Virus record (IMG/VR): IMGVR_UViG_3300025121_000886 | Span: 29,151-93,150 of that record | Origin: a virus | Reading direction: 5' to 3' (one strand) | Length of the DNA: 64,000 bases | Part shown: piece by piece, positions 51,279 to 60,142 of the stretch | Position numbering within the stretch: position 1 is the first letter of the stretch | How the letters are laid out: each line of letters opens with the position of its first letter | The notes under the pieces: model-generated | What the model saw: only the letters and a program-made list of their open reading frames with translations | What the model was told of the DNA's origin: nothing | The model's database searches: none | Made by a program: the position numbers and the translations under genes

Positions 51279-51710
51279 ATGAACCTTGAAAATGTCAATT
51301 TAAACGAGATAAAGCAGAAGATAACCAAATCTGATTTTTTTGATGAATTAATAGAACGAGCTCCTTATATTCTTAAATCACTCCTGGCTGGGGAATATCT
51401 TGAAATAAAAGAAGATGGTATAACTACAATATATGTAATCGATAACCATGGCACATTATGTCTAATTGGGGATAAAGATGGAGAACCCTACTTATTAGGA
51501 TTACATGCAGATTTCAAAGACCTTCTTGATCTTTGTCTGAAAGCCTCTAACGAAGAGGTTCACAGACATCTCATGAATTTAAACTTACAGGGAAATATAG
51601 AAAAAGGAAAATTAAATGAGATAAAGAGAACATTATCATCTGAAAGGATGAAAATGGAATGGGTGAGAGAACAAGAATATAAAAAATTAGAAAACTTATA
51701 TACTCTTTAA
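51279..51710 (+). CDS. Hypothetical protein
   Basis: ORF with AAGGAG RBS. Confidence 0.65.
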   Translation: MNLENVNLNEIKQKITKSDFFDELIERAPYILKSLLAGEYLEIKEDGITTIYVIDNHGTLCLIGDKDGEPYLLGLHADFKDLLDLCLKASNEEVHRHLMNLNLQGNIEKGKLNEIKRTLSSERMKMEWVREQEYKKLENLYTL

Positions 51711-51729
51711 ATCTTCTTATAAAAATTAT

Positions 51730-52635
51730 CTAACATCTTTCCATATAAATCCCAGATTTCATCAATTGATTTCCATCTTTATCCATATAAACAACCGATT
51801 TACAAACAGATATCATCATATCTGCTAGTGCCCTAACCCCTATTATATCCACGAGAGATTCTATAGCCTTTAGATTTTTAAGACTGTCTAAATATTGATC
51901 ATATTTTTCTGATAGCAGAATATTTTTAGAAAAGGTATTAATGCCGAAAATAAAATCGCTGAACTTAGCACCTTCCAGTTCATTCTCAAATTTTATAGAT
52001 TCACCGGAGGGGAAGATCATAATGTAATACCCAATTGGATATGGTATATAGTCAATGGCCCTATCTAAAGAATCTCTGATATATTTTCCATCTCGATGAA
52101 ATGTTACTCTAATACGTTTTTCCTCTACAGATTCAATTCTATTTGAGACAATATCACCATCCAATAAATTTATGATTATATTTTTATATAACTCACTTGA
52201 ACGGGCTTCAGAATTAATGCTATTCCCCACAATACCATGAAACAATAGATAAATTTTATATAACTTAACAATATATTTATCATCGGTATCATCTAATGAA
52301 AATCTATAAAAATATTCTTTACATAAATCACACAACATATTGCATAAAGTTTGGGCTATAGGATAGCTATAGGCATAAATTTCACCAGAAGCATGTGCAA
52401 AGGCCACGTTTTGTCTAAGAACATGTTCTAATTTTTGGATAGAACATATAAACTTTTTATTTTCTTCTAAATCTTTTTCTAACCCTTCACCAGTTACTTT
52501 TCTTGAATATGTTCCGTCCTTAACATTCGTCAACTTTTCTTTAAAAATGTCCTCTAATCCAGAGACCAATCGAGTCATATAAATATAGTCCTTGGATGTC
52601 AAGAATATCATATTTTTTTCTTTGTCAAAATTCAT
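51730..52635 (-). CDS. Hypothetical protein
   Basis: 301-aa ORF. Confidence 0.65.
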   Translation of the reverse strand: MNFDKEKNMIFLTSKDYIYMTRLVSGLEDIFKEKLTNVKDGTYSRKVTGEGLEKDLEENKKFICSIQKLEHVLRQNVAFAHASGEIYAYSYPIAQTLCNMLCDLCKEYFYRFSLDDTDDKYIVKLYKIYLLFHGIVGNSINSEARSSELYKNIIINLLDGDIVSNRIESVEEKRIRVTFHRDGKYIRDSLDRAIDYIPYPIGYYIMIFPSGESIKFENELEGAKFSDFIFGINTFSKNILLSEKYDQYLDSLKNLKAIESLVDIIGVRALADMMISVCKSVVYMDKDGNQLMKSGIYMERC

Positions 52636-52696
52636 TGCTTATCCTTTCTATTATCTTAAATTTTTTTAAAATTAAAACATAAAATCATCATCCTCT

Positions 52697-53041
52697 TTAG
52701 GGTAGAGGTGATTTATTGGATTCCTCACAGAGTTCTTCCTTTCTCTTCTTGATATTTGAGACCAGAATATCAAAAGTGCGATCAATATAATCAACAATTG
52801 CTAAAGCTACAGCTGATGATTTAACTGCCCTTTCTCTTATTTTAGCAATATTCATCTCATCGATGTTTTTATCAAAAAGAATAGACAAAATCTCTCTATC
52901 TAACTGCCCAACCTGTTCCCCTAAAATTACAGACCAAGTTGCAAGATCATGATCGGTCACACCCCATTTTAAGTCTTGTCTTTCTCGCTCATCAATGACG
53001 GAAAGTGTGCCCTTAGTAATTTTTTCATACAAAGTATGCAT
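52697..53041 (-). CDS. MazG-like nucleotide pyrophosphohydrolase homolog, acidic motif degenerate
   Basis: ERERQDLKWG...W..ILGEQVGQ (EExxE expected)...AVALA. Confidence 0.6.
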   Translation of the reverse strand: MHTLYEKITKGTLSVIDERERQDLKWGVTDHDLATWSVILGEQVGQLDREILSILFDKNIDEMNIAKIRERAVKSSAVALAIVDYIDRTFDILVSNIKKRKEELCEESNKSPLP

Positions 53042-53136
53042 AATATCACCTCAATGTTTAAAATATTTTTGTGTTCTATAAATTTTCGGGTATGCTCTTA
53101 AATTGATACTTTACAGAAATTTTTTTTGGAGGGCAA

Positions 53137-54210
53137 TTAAAGAAAATTTTTGTAGGCTCTGTGAAAGTTATCAAAGTGTGCATAATCACCTGTCAAAAAG
53201 GACAAACATTTTTTTAGGATCAATGCTGCTGTCATCTCAGTTATATTTTGATCTTTTATTGGACAAATTTCAACAATGTCCATTCCAATAATATTTATAC
53301 ATCTATCTCGACCTGTACCTAAATAAAAAAGTCGTTTTAAAATATACATTAATTGACTCCACAATAAACCACCATTTGGAGAAGGTAATCCCACATTTGG
53401 GGCAATACTGGTATGAAGTGCGCTCATATCTATTGAAATATAAACGTCACCTTTTAATTTATTTAAGATATCATCATAACATCGATTTTCAGGCCGTTCT
53501 TGACTTAATAAGCCCAATTTATCATAGGGGATATCTATGATGTCTTCTTCTGAAGATCGTATTATTTTTAGCTCTTCTTCAGATAAATTTCTTTGACCTA
53601 TAAACATCAATTTATAACCAAGCTCATGAACTCTCCTCATAACACAACCGTGTGTGAATGCACTGTTCTTCCCATCATGAAATAAGATATTCTCAGAATC
53701 CTTCAGATTATACCTAGAATCAATGCTCACTACTGTCGTATCTTTTATATTCTTGATTATATTTGACTTCTTAAGTATATTCAAAAAGGTGTATGTGACA
53801 GTATGTTCCCCACCTATTCCTATAAAAAATGGTGTAAAAAATCTTTCTTCTGAATTTCTTGAAATAACCCTATTCTTTGAGGGATTCTTCCACTTCCCAA
53901 ACTTTTCACTCATATCCTTTATTAAATTATTCAAAATAGTTTCAGGATAGTCTGATGAACGGTGCATAAAGCTTCTATCTTCTGAAAAAACTGATTGGTG
54001 CAAAGCCAAGTTCTCAAAGGGGTTTTGACGCGTGATCTCGTCTAAAAGATCAATTTTAAAAGAAGCATTATAAACAGCTAAAGGACCACCTAAAACACCT
54101 CTAGAATCTGAAGTATACTTCTCATAAGGTACTGAAAAAACAATCACATCAGATTCATTTATTGGATTATTTTTCTGCCCAAAAATTGTAAAACCGTGTT
54201 CATAAAACAT
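53137..54210 (-). CDS. Agmatinase/arginase-family (ureohydrolase) homolog with degenerate metal site
   Basis: VPYE, GP, GGEH, HGCVMRR, IG.R, P.VG.P..GGL.W, DIVE..P; DAHxD is DSRYN, DxD is DMS. Confidence 0.8.
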   Translation of the reverse strand: MFYEHGFTIFGQKNNPINESDVIVFSVPYEKYTSDSRGVLGGPLAVYNASFKIDLLDEITRQNPFENLALHQSVFSEDRSFMHRSSDYPETILNNLIKDMSEKFGKWKNPSKNRVISRNSEERFFTPFFIGIGGEHTVTYTFLNILKKSNIIKNIKDTTVVSIDSRYNLKDSENILFHDGKNSAFTHGCVMRRVHELGYKLMFIGQRNLSEEELKIIRSSEEDIIDIPYDKLGLLSQERPENRCYDDILNKLKGDVYISIDMSALHTSIAPNVGLPSPNGGLLWSQLMYILKRLFYLGTGRDRCINIIGMDIVEICPIKDQNITEMTAALILKKCLSFLTGDYAHFDNFHRAYKNFL

Positions 54211-54247
54211 TCTATTCCTCCCAAATTTCTATAGTATAAAAATAATA

Positions 54248-54670
54248 TCAATCATCCTCAAGCCGAGAATTTTCTTTTATATATTTCATTGCTCCTTCAG
54301 GATGAATGTTAGGTATTTCAATAAAAGAAACATCTAAGGGGGTACAAGAATTACTCAGTTGAATGTTACATTTACTTAATATTTGATAAAAACCCCCCAA
54401 CCAACTAAAAACACCATTTCCCTTAGAATCTTTATAAATCAATATATCGCCGAGATCATCTCTACCTTGTTTTAGATTACATATCAGGGCATATGCCTCT
54501 TTGCTCATCCCTAAAAACTTCTCTGTGTCTATAACAACACAACCTAGATTACCATTACCGCACGGAATAAAATTGCCATCTTTTTCAAATTCTTGAGTTT
54601 CTATTATCAAAGAACTTTCATAAGCCGTTACCTTCACCTTCAACTTTGGTTCTTCCATAACATTCTCCAA
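54248..54670 (-). CDS. Hypothetical protein
   Basis: 140-aa ORF. Confidence 0.6.
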   Translation of the reverse strand: MENVMEEPKLKVKVTAYESSLIIETQEFEKDGNFIPCGNGNLGCVVIDTEKFLGMSKEAYALICNLKQGRDDLGDILIYKDSKGNGVFSWLGGFYQILSKCNIQLSNSCTPLDVSFIEIPNIHPEGAMKYIKENSRLEDD

Positions 54671-54858
54671 TTAATTTTAAACCAATCATAAATTTTTATA
54701 AAATATTCATTGTATTTTACAGGTTTGACCCCAAACTGCTTTTCTACAACCTCAATATCAATCTCATACCCACATAAAAAATTGCTGCATTTAAAAACAG
54801 TCAATAAAGAAAACAACTTCCGATGACAAATAGGACACAATAAATCATGTTTATACAT
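54640..54858 (-). CDS. Small zinc-ribbon protein
   Basis: CPIC...CSNFLC; GAGG RBS. Confidence 0.55.
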   Translation of the reverse strand: MYKHDLLCPICHRKLFSLLTVFKCSNFLCGYEIDIEVVEKQFGVKPVKYNEYFIKIYDWFKINWRMLWKNQS

Positions 54859-54901
54859 AAAAACCTCTGAAACTGTATCAATTCAACAACCAAAATATAT
54901 A

Positions 54902-55207
54902 CTATTGTTCATTATTCAATATCTTCCCAGAAACAGCTGAAAGATCAAGGCTTTTTTCAGAAACAGAAGACCCTAATAATAAATGAAGTTTGTTCTCAGC
55001 AATCTTACATTCAGCATAAGGATAGTATTTCTGAACTTCTTCCATGATCCTCTACAAACTCCCACATGCTCTTATAAACTTATTTTTAAGACCTTTATCT
55101 GCTAAACTTAATAGATCTTCTGGGGTCAACCCTTTTTCCATAAACCTAACAATATCACCATTATCAGCCGGAAAACGAACCAACCACTCAGCATTTTTCT
55201 TATCCAC
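54902..55207 (-). pseudogene. Gene interrupted by an in-frame TAG (55054-55052); similar to 60603-60824
   Basis: AAGGGAG RBS + GTG; reads MDKKNAEW...KFIRACGSL*RIMEEVQKYYPYAECKIAENKLHLLLG...; absent from ORF track. Confidence 0.6.
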
Positions 55208-55218
55208 AAAATTCTCCC

Positions 55219-55836
55219 TTATAATAATTTTCTTGATTGAAAATATTTAAACTGTTCTTTTAATAAATCTTCATCTGTATATTCTAAGCTTAGAGCAATG
55301 CCCACCTCCGATATACTTTTAAAGAATCTTTCTGAAGGAAGTTTCTTTAAGCATTTTCTTGATACATTTTCCCATTCAGCAACGGCAGGTTTTACAAATG
55401 GATTTTCAACGGCATCACAACGACCAATACCACGGGAAATGACTTTATTTCTATTATAATCTGTATAACATGATGAATAACAAGATTCGATGGAATAAAT
55501 CCATAAAAACTCACCTGTAGATCGAGTTTTTTTATTAACATAATTTACCCACGATCCACATTCCGGCTTTAACTCTCTCCCTTCCATCACATTGGGGAGT
55601 CCCATATAACACGAATAAATTAAATTTTTTATATCAGTAATATCTGAATGAAAATCGATATTGATAATCTTATCCCAAACATTTTTGTTAATAAAAGGTA
55701 ATAAATATTCATGTGAATCAACGATTTTAATAGGAATATTTAAAGAGATTAACTTATCAAAAAATGAGGTATAAGAAAATGTTTTGACATTCCAAAAGTC
55801 ACAATCAACAGATAAATAAACCTTTTCAGAATTCAC
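55219..55836 (-). CDS. UPF0489-like (arginase/deacetylase-fold) protein
   Basis: LSVDCDFW, VDSH, NIDFHSD, CGSWV. Confidence 0.55.
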   Translation of the reverse strand: MNSEKVYLSVDCDFWNVKTFSYTSFFDKLISLNIPIKIVDSHEYLLPFINKNVWDKIINIDFHSDITDIKNLIYSCYMGLPNVMEGRELKPECGSWVNYVNKKTRSTGEFLWIYSIESCYSSCYTDYNRNKVISRGIGRCDAVENPFVKPAVAEWENVSRKCLKKLPSERFFKSISEVGIALSLEYTDEDLLKEQFKYFQSRKLL

Positions 55837-55965
55837 ACTAATATTCCTCTATAGGTATATTATTTTATTGATATAAAACAGCACTTCTTTTTTAAGAAAA
55901 ATGTGCTAAACTTTAAAATATAAGCACCTATTATTATTTTACAGATATCATCTAAAAAAAGGAAA

Positions 55966-56421
55966 ATGATCATGCCCAATATTGAAACAATAATTGACAC
56001 TTTAGAAGAAGATGGTTTTCACAAAGAAGCATATATGGCGAATAAAGCAATAAACAAATTAAGAGAATCAGCCACGAAACCTTCAATAATGTCCTATGAC
56101 AAAAGAGACGAATATGTTAAAATGTTTAGGGAAAACATTAAAGCACCAGTTATTGCACCAAGAATCATGTCTCTTGGCGGTGAAGATCGTTTTAGCATAT
56201 CACTTAAATTATCATTAGAACCAAGAGAATCTTGGATAAATGGGATTTATGAAAATTCTAAATATCTCAGTTTCTTTTTAGAAAATGATGGAGAATTGGA
56301 ATTACATTCATGGGGTTTTTCCAAAAAAACCACAAAAGTTTTCAGAAAGACACATGTCAAGTCTGTAGAAGATGCCATCAAGAAAATCAATATTTATATT
56401 TCACAAATTTCTCAAAATTAA
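55966..56421 (+). CDS. Hypothetical protein with N-terminal shared helical tag (solo + strand gene)
   Basis: ETIIDTLEEDGFHKEAYMANKAI then RESA-T. Confidence 0.7.
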   Translation: MIMPNIETIIDTLEEDGFHKEAYMANKAINKLRESATKPSIMSYDKRDEYVKMFRENIKAPVIAPRIMSLGGEDRFSISLKLSLEPRESWINGIYENSKYLSFFLENDGELELHSWGFSKKTTKVFRKTHVKSVEDAIKKINIYISQISQN

Positions 56422-56613
56422 TAGAGGTCAATATATAAAAGTATATCACCCCCCTAAAAAACAAAGGGCAAGTATTAACCTGCCCCTTATCTATCTAAAA
56501 ACATGATAATTTTTTTATACGAAAACTACTCACCTAAAATTAGATCAAAATTATTTTAAAATACAACCATTATGTTTATCATGTTTCTATCTTCTCAAAA
56601 TATTTTCAAAACT

Positions 56614-57207
56614 TCAAACCGTTCCAGTTTTTCGATAACTTTTTACTGATCGGCTCATATCTCTATACATTGAGCTAACACCCAAACTTGTAGCCTCGAA
56701 ACCACTTGATGTAGGTATATTTAAAGAGTTTCCAACATCAAAAGCGTCTTGATTTGCCCCCAAATATATAAATTGCCATCTATAGGTCTCTGTCTGCAAC
56801 TTTATCATTTCTCCAACTTTAGCCTGTGTATAATCAGTACTTGCATTCTCATGACCATCCGTATTAATGAGAACAATAACTCTCTCAGGACGTTCTGTTT
56901 CAGGGGTCTCTGCTAATATCTTTCCATAATCATCAATTGTTTTGCCAATGGCATCATAAAGCGGGGTATCCCCCATCGTGATATAATCATCTAAAGTCAA
57001 TGGCTTTACCTCTTTGATATCAACCCGATCTACGACCTTGACATAACCCTTTCCAGAAAAAAGAATAAGCGAAAATTTAGCTTCACCCGGTTCTTTTTTC
57101 TGTTCCTCAATAAAAGTATTGAGACCACCCACAGCATCACCCCTAATGCTTTCCATCGAACCAGATCGATCACCAATTATAATAACTTCTGTTAAACCTA
57201 TCTTCAT
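56614..57207 (-). CDS. von Willebrand factor A domain protein
   Basis: MIDAS DRSGSM, TPLYDAIG, TDGHENAS, YLGANQD. Confidence 0.9.
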   Translation of the reverse strand: MKIGLTEVIIIGDRSGSMESIRGDAVGGLNTFIEEQKKEPGEAKFSLILFSGKGYVKVVDRVDIKEVKPLTLDDYITMGDTPLYDAIGKTIDDYGKILAETPETERPERVIVLINTDGHENASTDYTQAKVGEMIKLQTETYRWQFIYLGANQDAFDVGNSLNIPTSSGFEATSLGVSSMYRDMSRSVKSYRKTGTV

Positions 57208-57254
57208 AAAAAACTCCTTAATTATATTAATTATTAAACGAAAACTTTAGATTT

Positions 57255-58145
57255 TTAATATCCAATACCGCATAATGTCTCAACGAATTTGTCTGTATTG
57301 ATATTTACAGATATAAAAGTATTCGTCCCATCTTTTAAGCGCGATCCCCAAAATCGCTTATTTTCCACAAATAATTCTACCTCTTTAAACTCACAAACAT
57401 CCCTGTCTATCAAACAACATGCTGCCAGAGGATCATGAAACTTTTTACCTGTAGGACATTTATCAAGATAGAAATCCATACCATCATAAACCATACGAAT
57501 ACCAGGATTTGCATTTTTATGAGATTCAACCTGAGCATGTAATTTTTTATCATAAAATACAGCATGTGTCACATTTTTAGACACAAGATATCGTTTTTTA
57601 ATAAGATCGGTTTTGAGCATAAAAAGTGCCTGGGGTATCCCACCATTAAAATTATAAGTTTGAACCGTTTCCATACCTTTAAAACGGGGGCAATAAACGG
57701 GTGCAATATTATCACCTGCAAAACCACCTTGACCAAACCACATACTTAGTGGAACAGAAGACAATTCTAAAAGAGCGTCATAAGGATTGTGTAAAGCTGC
57801 ACCTGTGATTATAATTAGATTAGGATAGACAATTCTCTCACAATTTATAACATCGGCCGCTCGACCATCAGGTACATATGGTTTCCATTCTCCCAATAAA
57901 TTATGATGAAAAGCCGATACACAAGATTTACCTTTATAATTTGGAATTCTGCTTCCTATAGAGATCAATTTTGATCTATCGGGCAAAAGTATGTTTAGAA
58001 TATGTCTAATAAGCCCGCACTGCTCATCAGAACCAGGATTGGCAGTAACCGCCCGAACATTTACATTTGGATGCCCTGCTAAGAAGCATAGCATAAAATA
58101 ATCATCTGGATCCTGTGTTTCCATATCTATGATTACATCTAACAT
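57255..58145 (-). CDS. Inosine/uridine-preferring nucleoside hydrolase family protein
   Basis: DMETQDPDD, TYNFNG, KNVTH, FHDPLA; AAGGAG RBS before 58145. Confidence 0.8.
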   Translation of the reverse strand: MLDVIIDMETQDPDDYFMLCFLAGHPNVNVRAVTANPGSDEQCGLIRHILNILLPDRSKLISIGSRIPNYKGKSCVSAFHHNLLGEWKPYVPDGRAADVINCERIVYPNLIIITGAALHNPYDALLELSSVPLSMWFGQGGFAGDNIAPVYCPRFKGMETVQTYNFNGGIPQALFMLKTDLIKKRYLVSKNVTHAVFYDKKLHAQVESHKNANPGIRMVYDGMDFYLDKCPTGKKFHDPLAACCLIDRDVCEFKEVELFVENKRFWGSRLKDGTNTFISVNINTDKFVETLCGIGY

Positions 58146-58155
58146 AAAATTCTCC

Positions 58156-58341
58156 TTAAATGATACTTCCACCCAATAAATAGGCTTGAGTCAATTTTTC
58201 ATCGTGGACGGTCGCATTAAAAAAATGAGCTTTTTCTTTCTCATACTCTTTTTCACATTTTTCTGAACACACAAAATCCCCATCCCGACTTATTAATATA
58301 CCTTTTGTGTGGAAATTTCTTTGACATTGAAAACATTTCAT
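58156..58341 (-). CDS. Small zinc-binding protein
   Basis: CFQC...DGDFVCSEKC; AAGGAG RBS. Confidence 0.6.
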   Translation of the reverse strand: MKCFQCQRNFHTKGILISRDGDFVCSEKCEKEYEKEKAHFFNATVHDEKLTQAYLLGGSII

Positions 58342-58381
58342 TAAAATTCTCCTTAGATATATAAAGTTTAGAAAATATATC

Positions 58382-58600
58382 TCATAATTTACAGGAATAA
58401 GATTTTAGAAAATTACCACTCACGTCTTTTGCTAAGTCCACCTTATGAAAATTACAAAAACCCCTAGAGGAATCTAACTCATTACATAAAAAGCATCTAG
58501 CATCCCCGCGAATTAAAACCCCATAGAGATATGCGCCGGGCTTCACATATTTATCAACATCAATCTTTTTAAGATCTTTAGAAGAGACGAATCCATCCAT
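58382..58600 (-). CDS. Hypothetical protein
   Basis: ORF in operon. Confidence 0.55.
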   Translation of the reverse strand: MDGFVSSKDLKKIDVDKYVKPGAYLYGVLIRGDARCFLCNELDSSRGFCNFHKVDLAKDVSGNFLKSYSCKL

Positions 58601-58601
58601 C

Positions 58602-58928
58602 TTATTTCTCCTTCACTTGATTAAACTCATTATTTTTCTTATCTAAATTATCCGAGAAATGTTTGCCACATTTAGCACATAAAATAGGATTTCCTTTATC
58701 TGAAAATGCCAAGGCTACAAAACCCTCCTGATCTCCCACAAATTTAATTTTACAGCATTGACAAAACATTCGTTTTTTATAAGCAACCCCATCTTTTTTA
58801 AACATCTGCTCTGAGGATTTGACCCATTCCTTAATACTACAAAAATCAAGTTTAACCCTTTCGATTTTGTAGATTGTTATCCGAGTTTCCGTGAAAAAAG
58901 TATCACCAATTTCATTTTTCATCTTCAA
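58602..58928 (-). CDS. Hypothetical zinc-binding protein
   Basis: CQCC...CAKC. Confidence 0.55.
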   Translation of the reverse strand: MKMKNEIGDTFFTETRITIYKIERVKLDFCSIKEWVKSSEQMFKKDGVAYKKRMFCQCCKIKFVGDQEGFVALAFSDKGNPILCAKCGKHFSDNLDKKNNEFNQVKEK

Positions 58929-59698
58929 CGCCTTTCTTTAGATTATCCTCTAAAATCTTTTCTTTGTATCTTTCTATGAAACTTTCAAAACCGACCACAT
59001 AATCTTTTAGGGCTTGCATTAAACTCTTAAAACGTTTTTTATACTCTAGCTTGTTCAACTTCACTTTTTTTTCGTTTAATTGCTCCAGATAGTAATAAAT
59101 ACTCACAACTAATTTATTTTTCAAGCAGATTTCACCAGTTAAGGTTGTGACACTCCACGGGGCAAGCCCCGTGGCTTCTTCTTAATTATTTAAGAATTCT
59201 TTTTCTTGTTTCATTGACCGCAACCTATATTCAATAGGTTTTACACAATCTCCACAAGCGTATATTCCCGTATGCCCTACGGTATCTTTTATCTTATTTA
59301 TTCCTATCTCTTTTATATTCTTAGATGCATTCAAATCTCTATCTATGTTCAAACCACAAACAGGACAATTGTAAACTCTCTCTTCTAAAGGCATCTCTTT
59401 TAAATTTTTACAATTGTTACACATCTTCGATGTTGGCTCAAATCTTCCTATCTTCATAAAATACTTAGAATTCCATAATGCCTTATACTCTAACTGTCTC
59501 GAAAACTCTGACCATGAAACATCTGATAATTCTCAATAAATATTTTGGACAACGACCTTTCTCCTCCAAATAAGCGATAATCTCCTTCTGAGAATTCAAT
59601 TTGAGCAACATATACTGTATTGGATCATATATAAATTTTGGCAACGATTTATATCGTTCTAGCACTTTAACTTTTTCATACCATCTATTTTTTAACAC
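58912..59698 (-). pseudogene. Phage gene split by a truncated tnpB/right-end insertion (fragments 59526-59698 and 58912-59146)
   Basis: Removing 59147-59525 joins ...KYLLRII-TLTGEIC-LKNKLVV... in frame. Confidence 0.75.
59147..59525 (-). mobile_element. tnpB: 5'-truncated IS200/IS605 remnant: tnpB C-terminus (zinc finger + RuvC-III), presumptive omegaRNA region and right end
   Basis: SDVSWSEFSRQLEYKA...TSKMCNNC...CPVCGLNIDRDLNASKNI; right end GAAGCCACGGGGCTTGCCCCGTGGAGTGTCAC; preceded by TTAT. Confidence 0.85.
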
Positions 59699-59731
59699 AG
59701 TAAACTCCCTATCTCTTTTTAGATAACCGTC

Positions 59732-60142
59732 TTAGCACATATCAGTTGAAGAATAAAATTCTCTGATCATATCTTCACTCTGCCGACGCTCCCTAGATAA
59801 CTTCGCTCCCTCCTCTTTCTTTCGATCAAGTTTGCTTAGACTCTCTTTAAACAACTTTCTCTCTTTTTCTTTCTCGATACCTTCCTTCACCCTTCTAATA
59901 GAATTATCCTCAATCAGTTTATAGATTCTAGCAGCTAACCACTTCGAGGAATTAAATATGTTATTATTTAGAGATGGGATGGTATCAATATTCTCACAAG
60001 CCCTTTCCTCTAAATCTTTTATTATACACTCCATCGACCCACATGGAACATAATCCCTTATAATAAAATATAATAGGTTAACAAGAGGATCATTGGAATT
60101 TTTCTCATCAGATTCTTTTTCTTTTAATTGTTCATTATCCAT
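59732..60142 (-). CDS. Hypothetical protein
   Basis: 136-aa ORF; DPLVNLLYFIIRDYVPCG. Confidence 0.6.
   Translation of the reverse strand: MDNEQLKEKESDEKNSNDPLVNLLYFIIRDYVPCGSMECIIKDLEERACENIDTIPSLNNNIFNSSKWLAARIYKLIEDNSIRRVKEGIEKEKERKLFKESLSKLDRKKEEGAKLSRERRQSEDMIREFYSSTDMC

Noticed and set aside
44104-55893. Shared AAAAAGAAGTGCT at about 44106 (+) and 55880 (-) as an operator
   Set aside because: Two copies only, non-palindromic, and inconsistently placed relative to genes.
59182-59457. 91-aa zinc-ribbon ORF as an independent gene
   Set aside because: TnpB similarity continues upstream of its ATG to 59525; it is a fragment of the truncated element.
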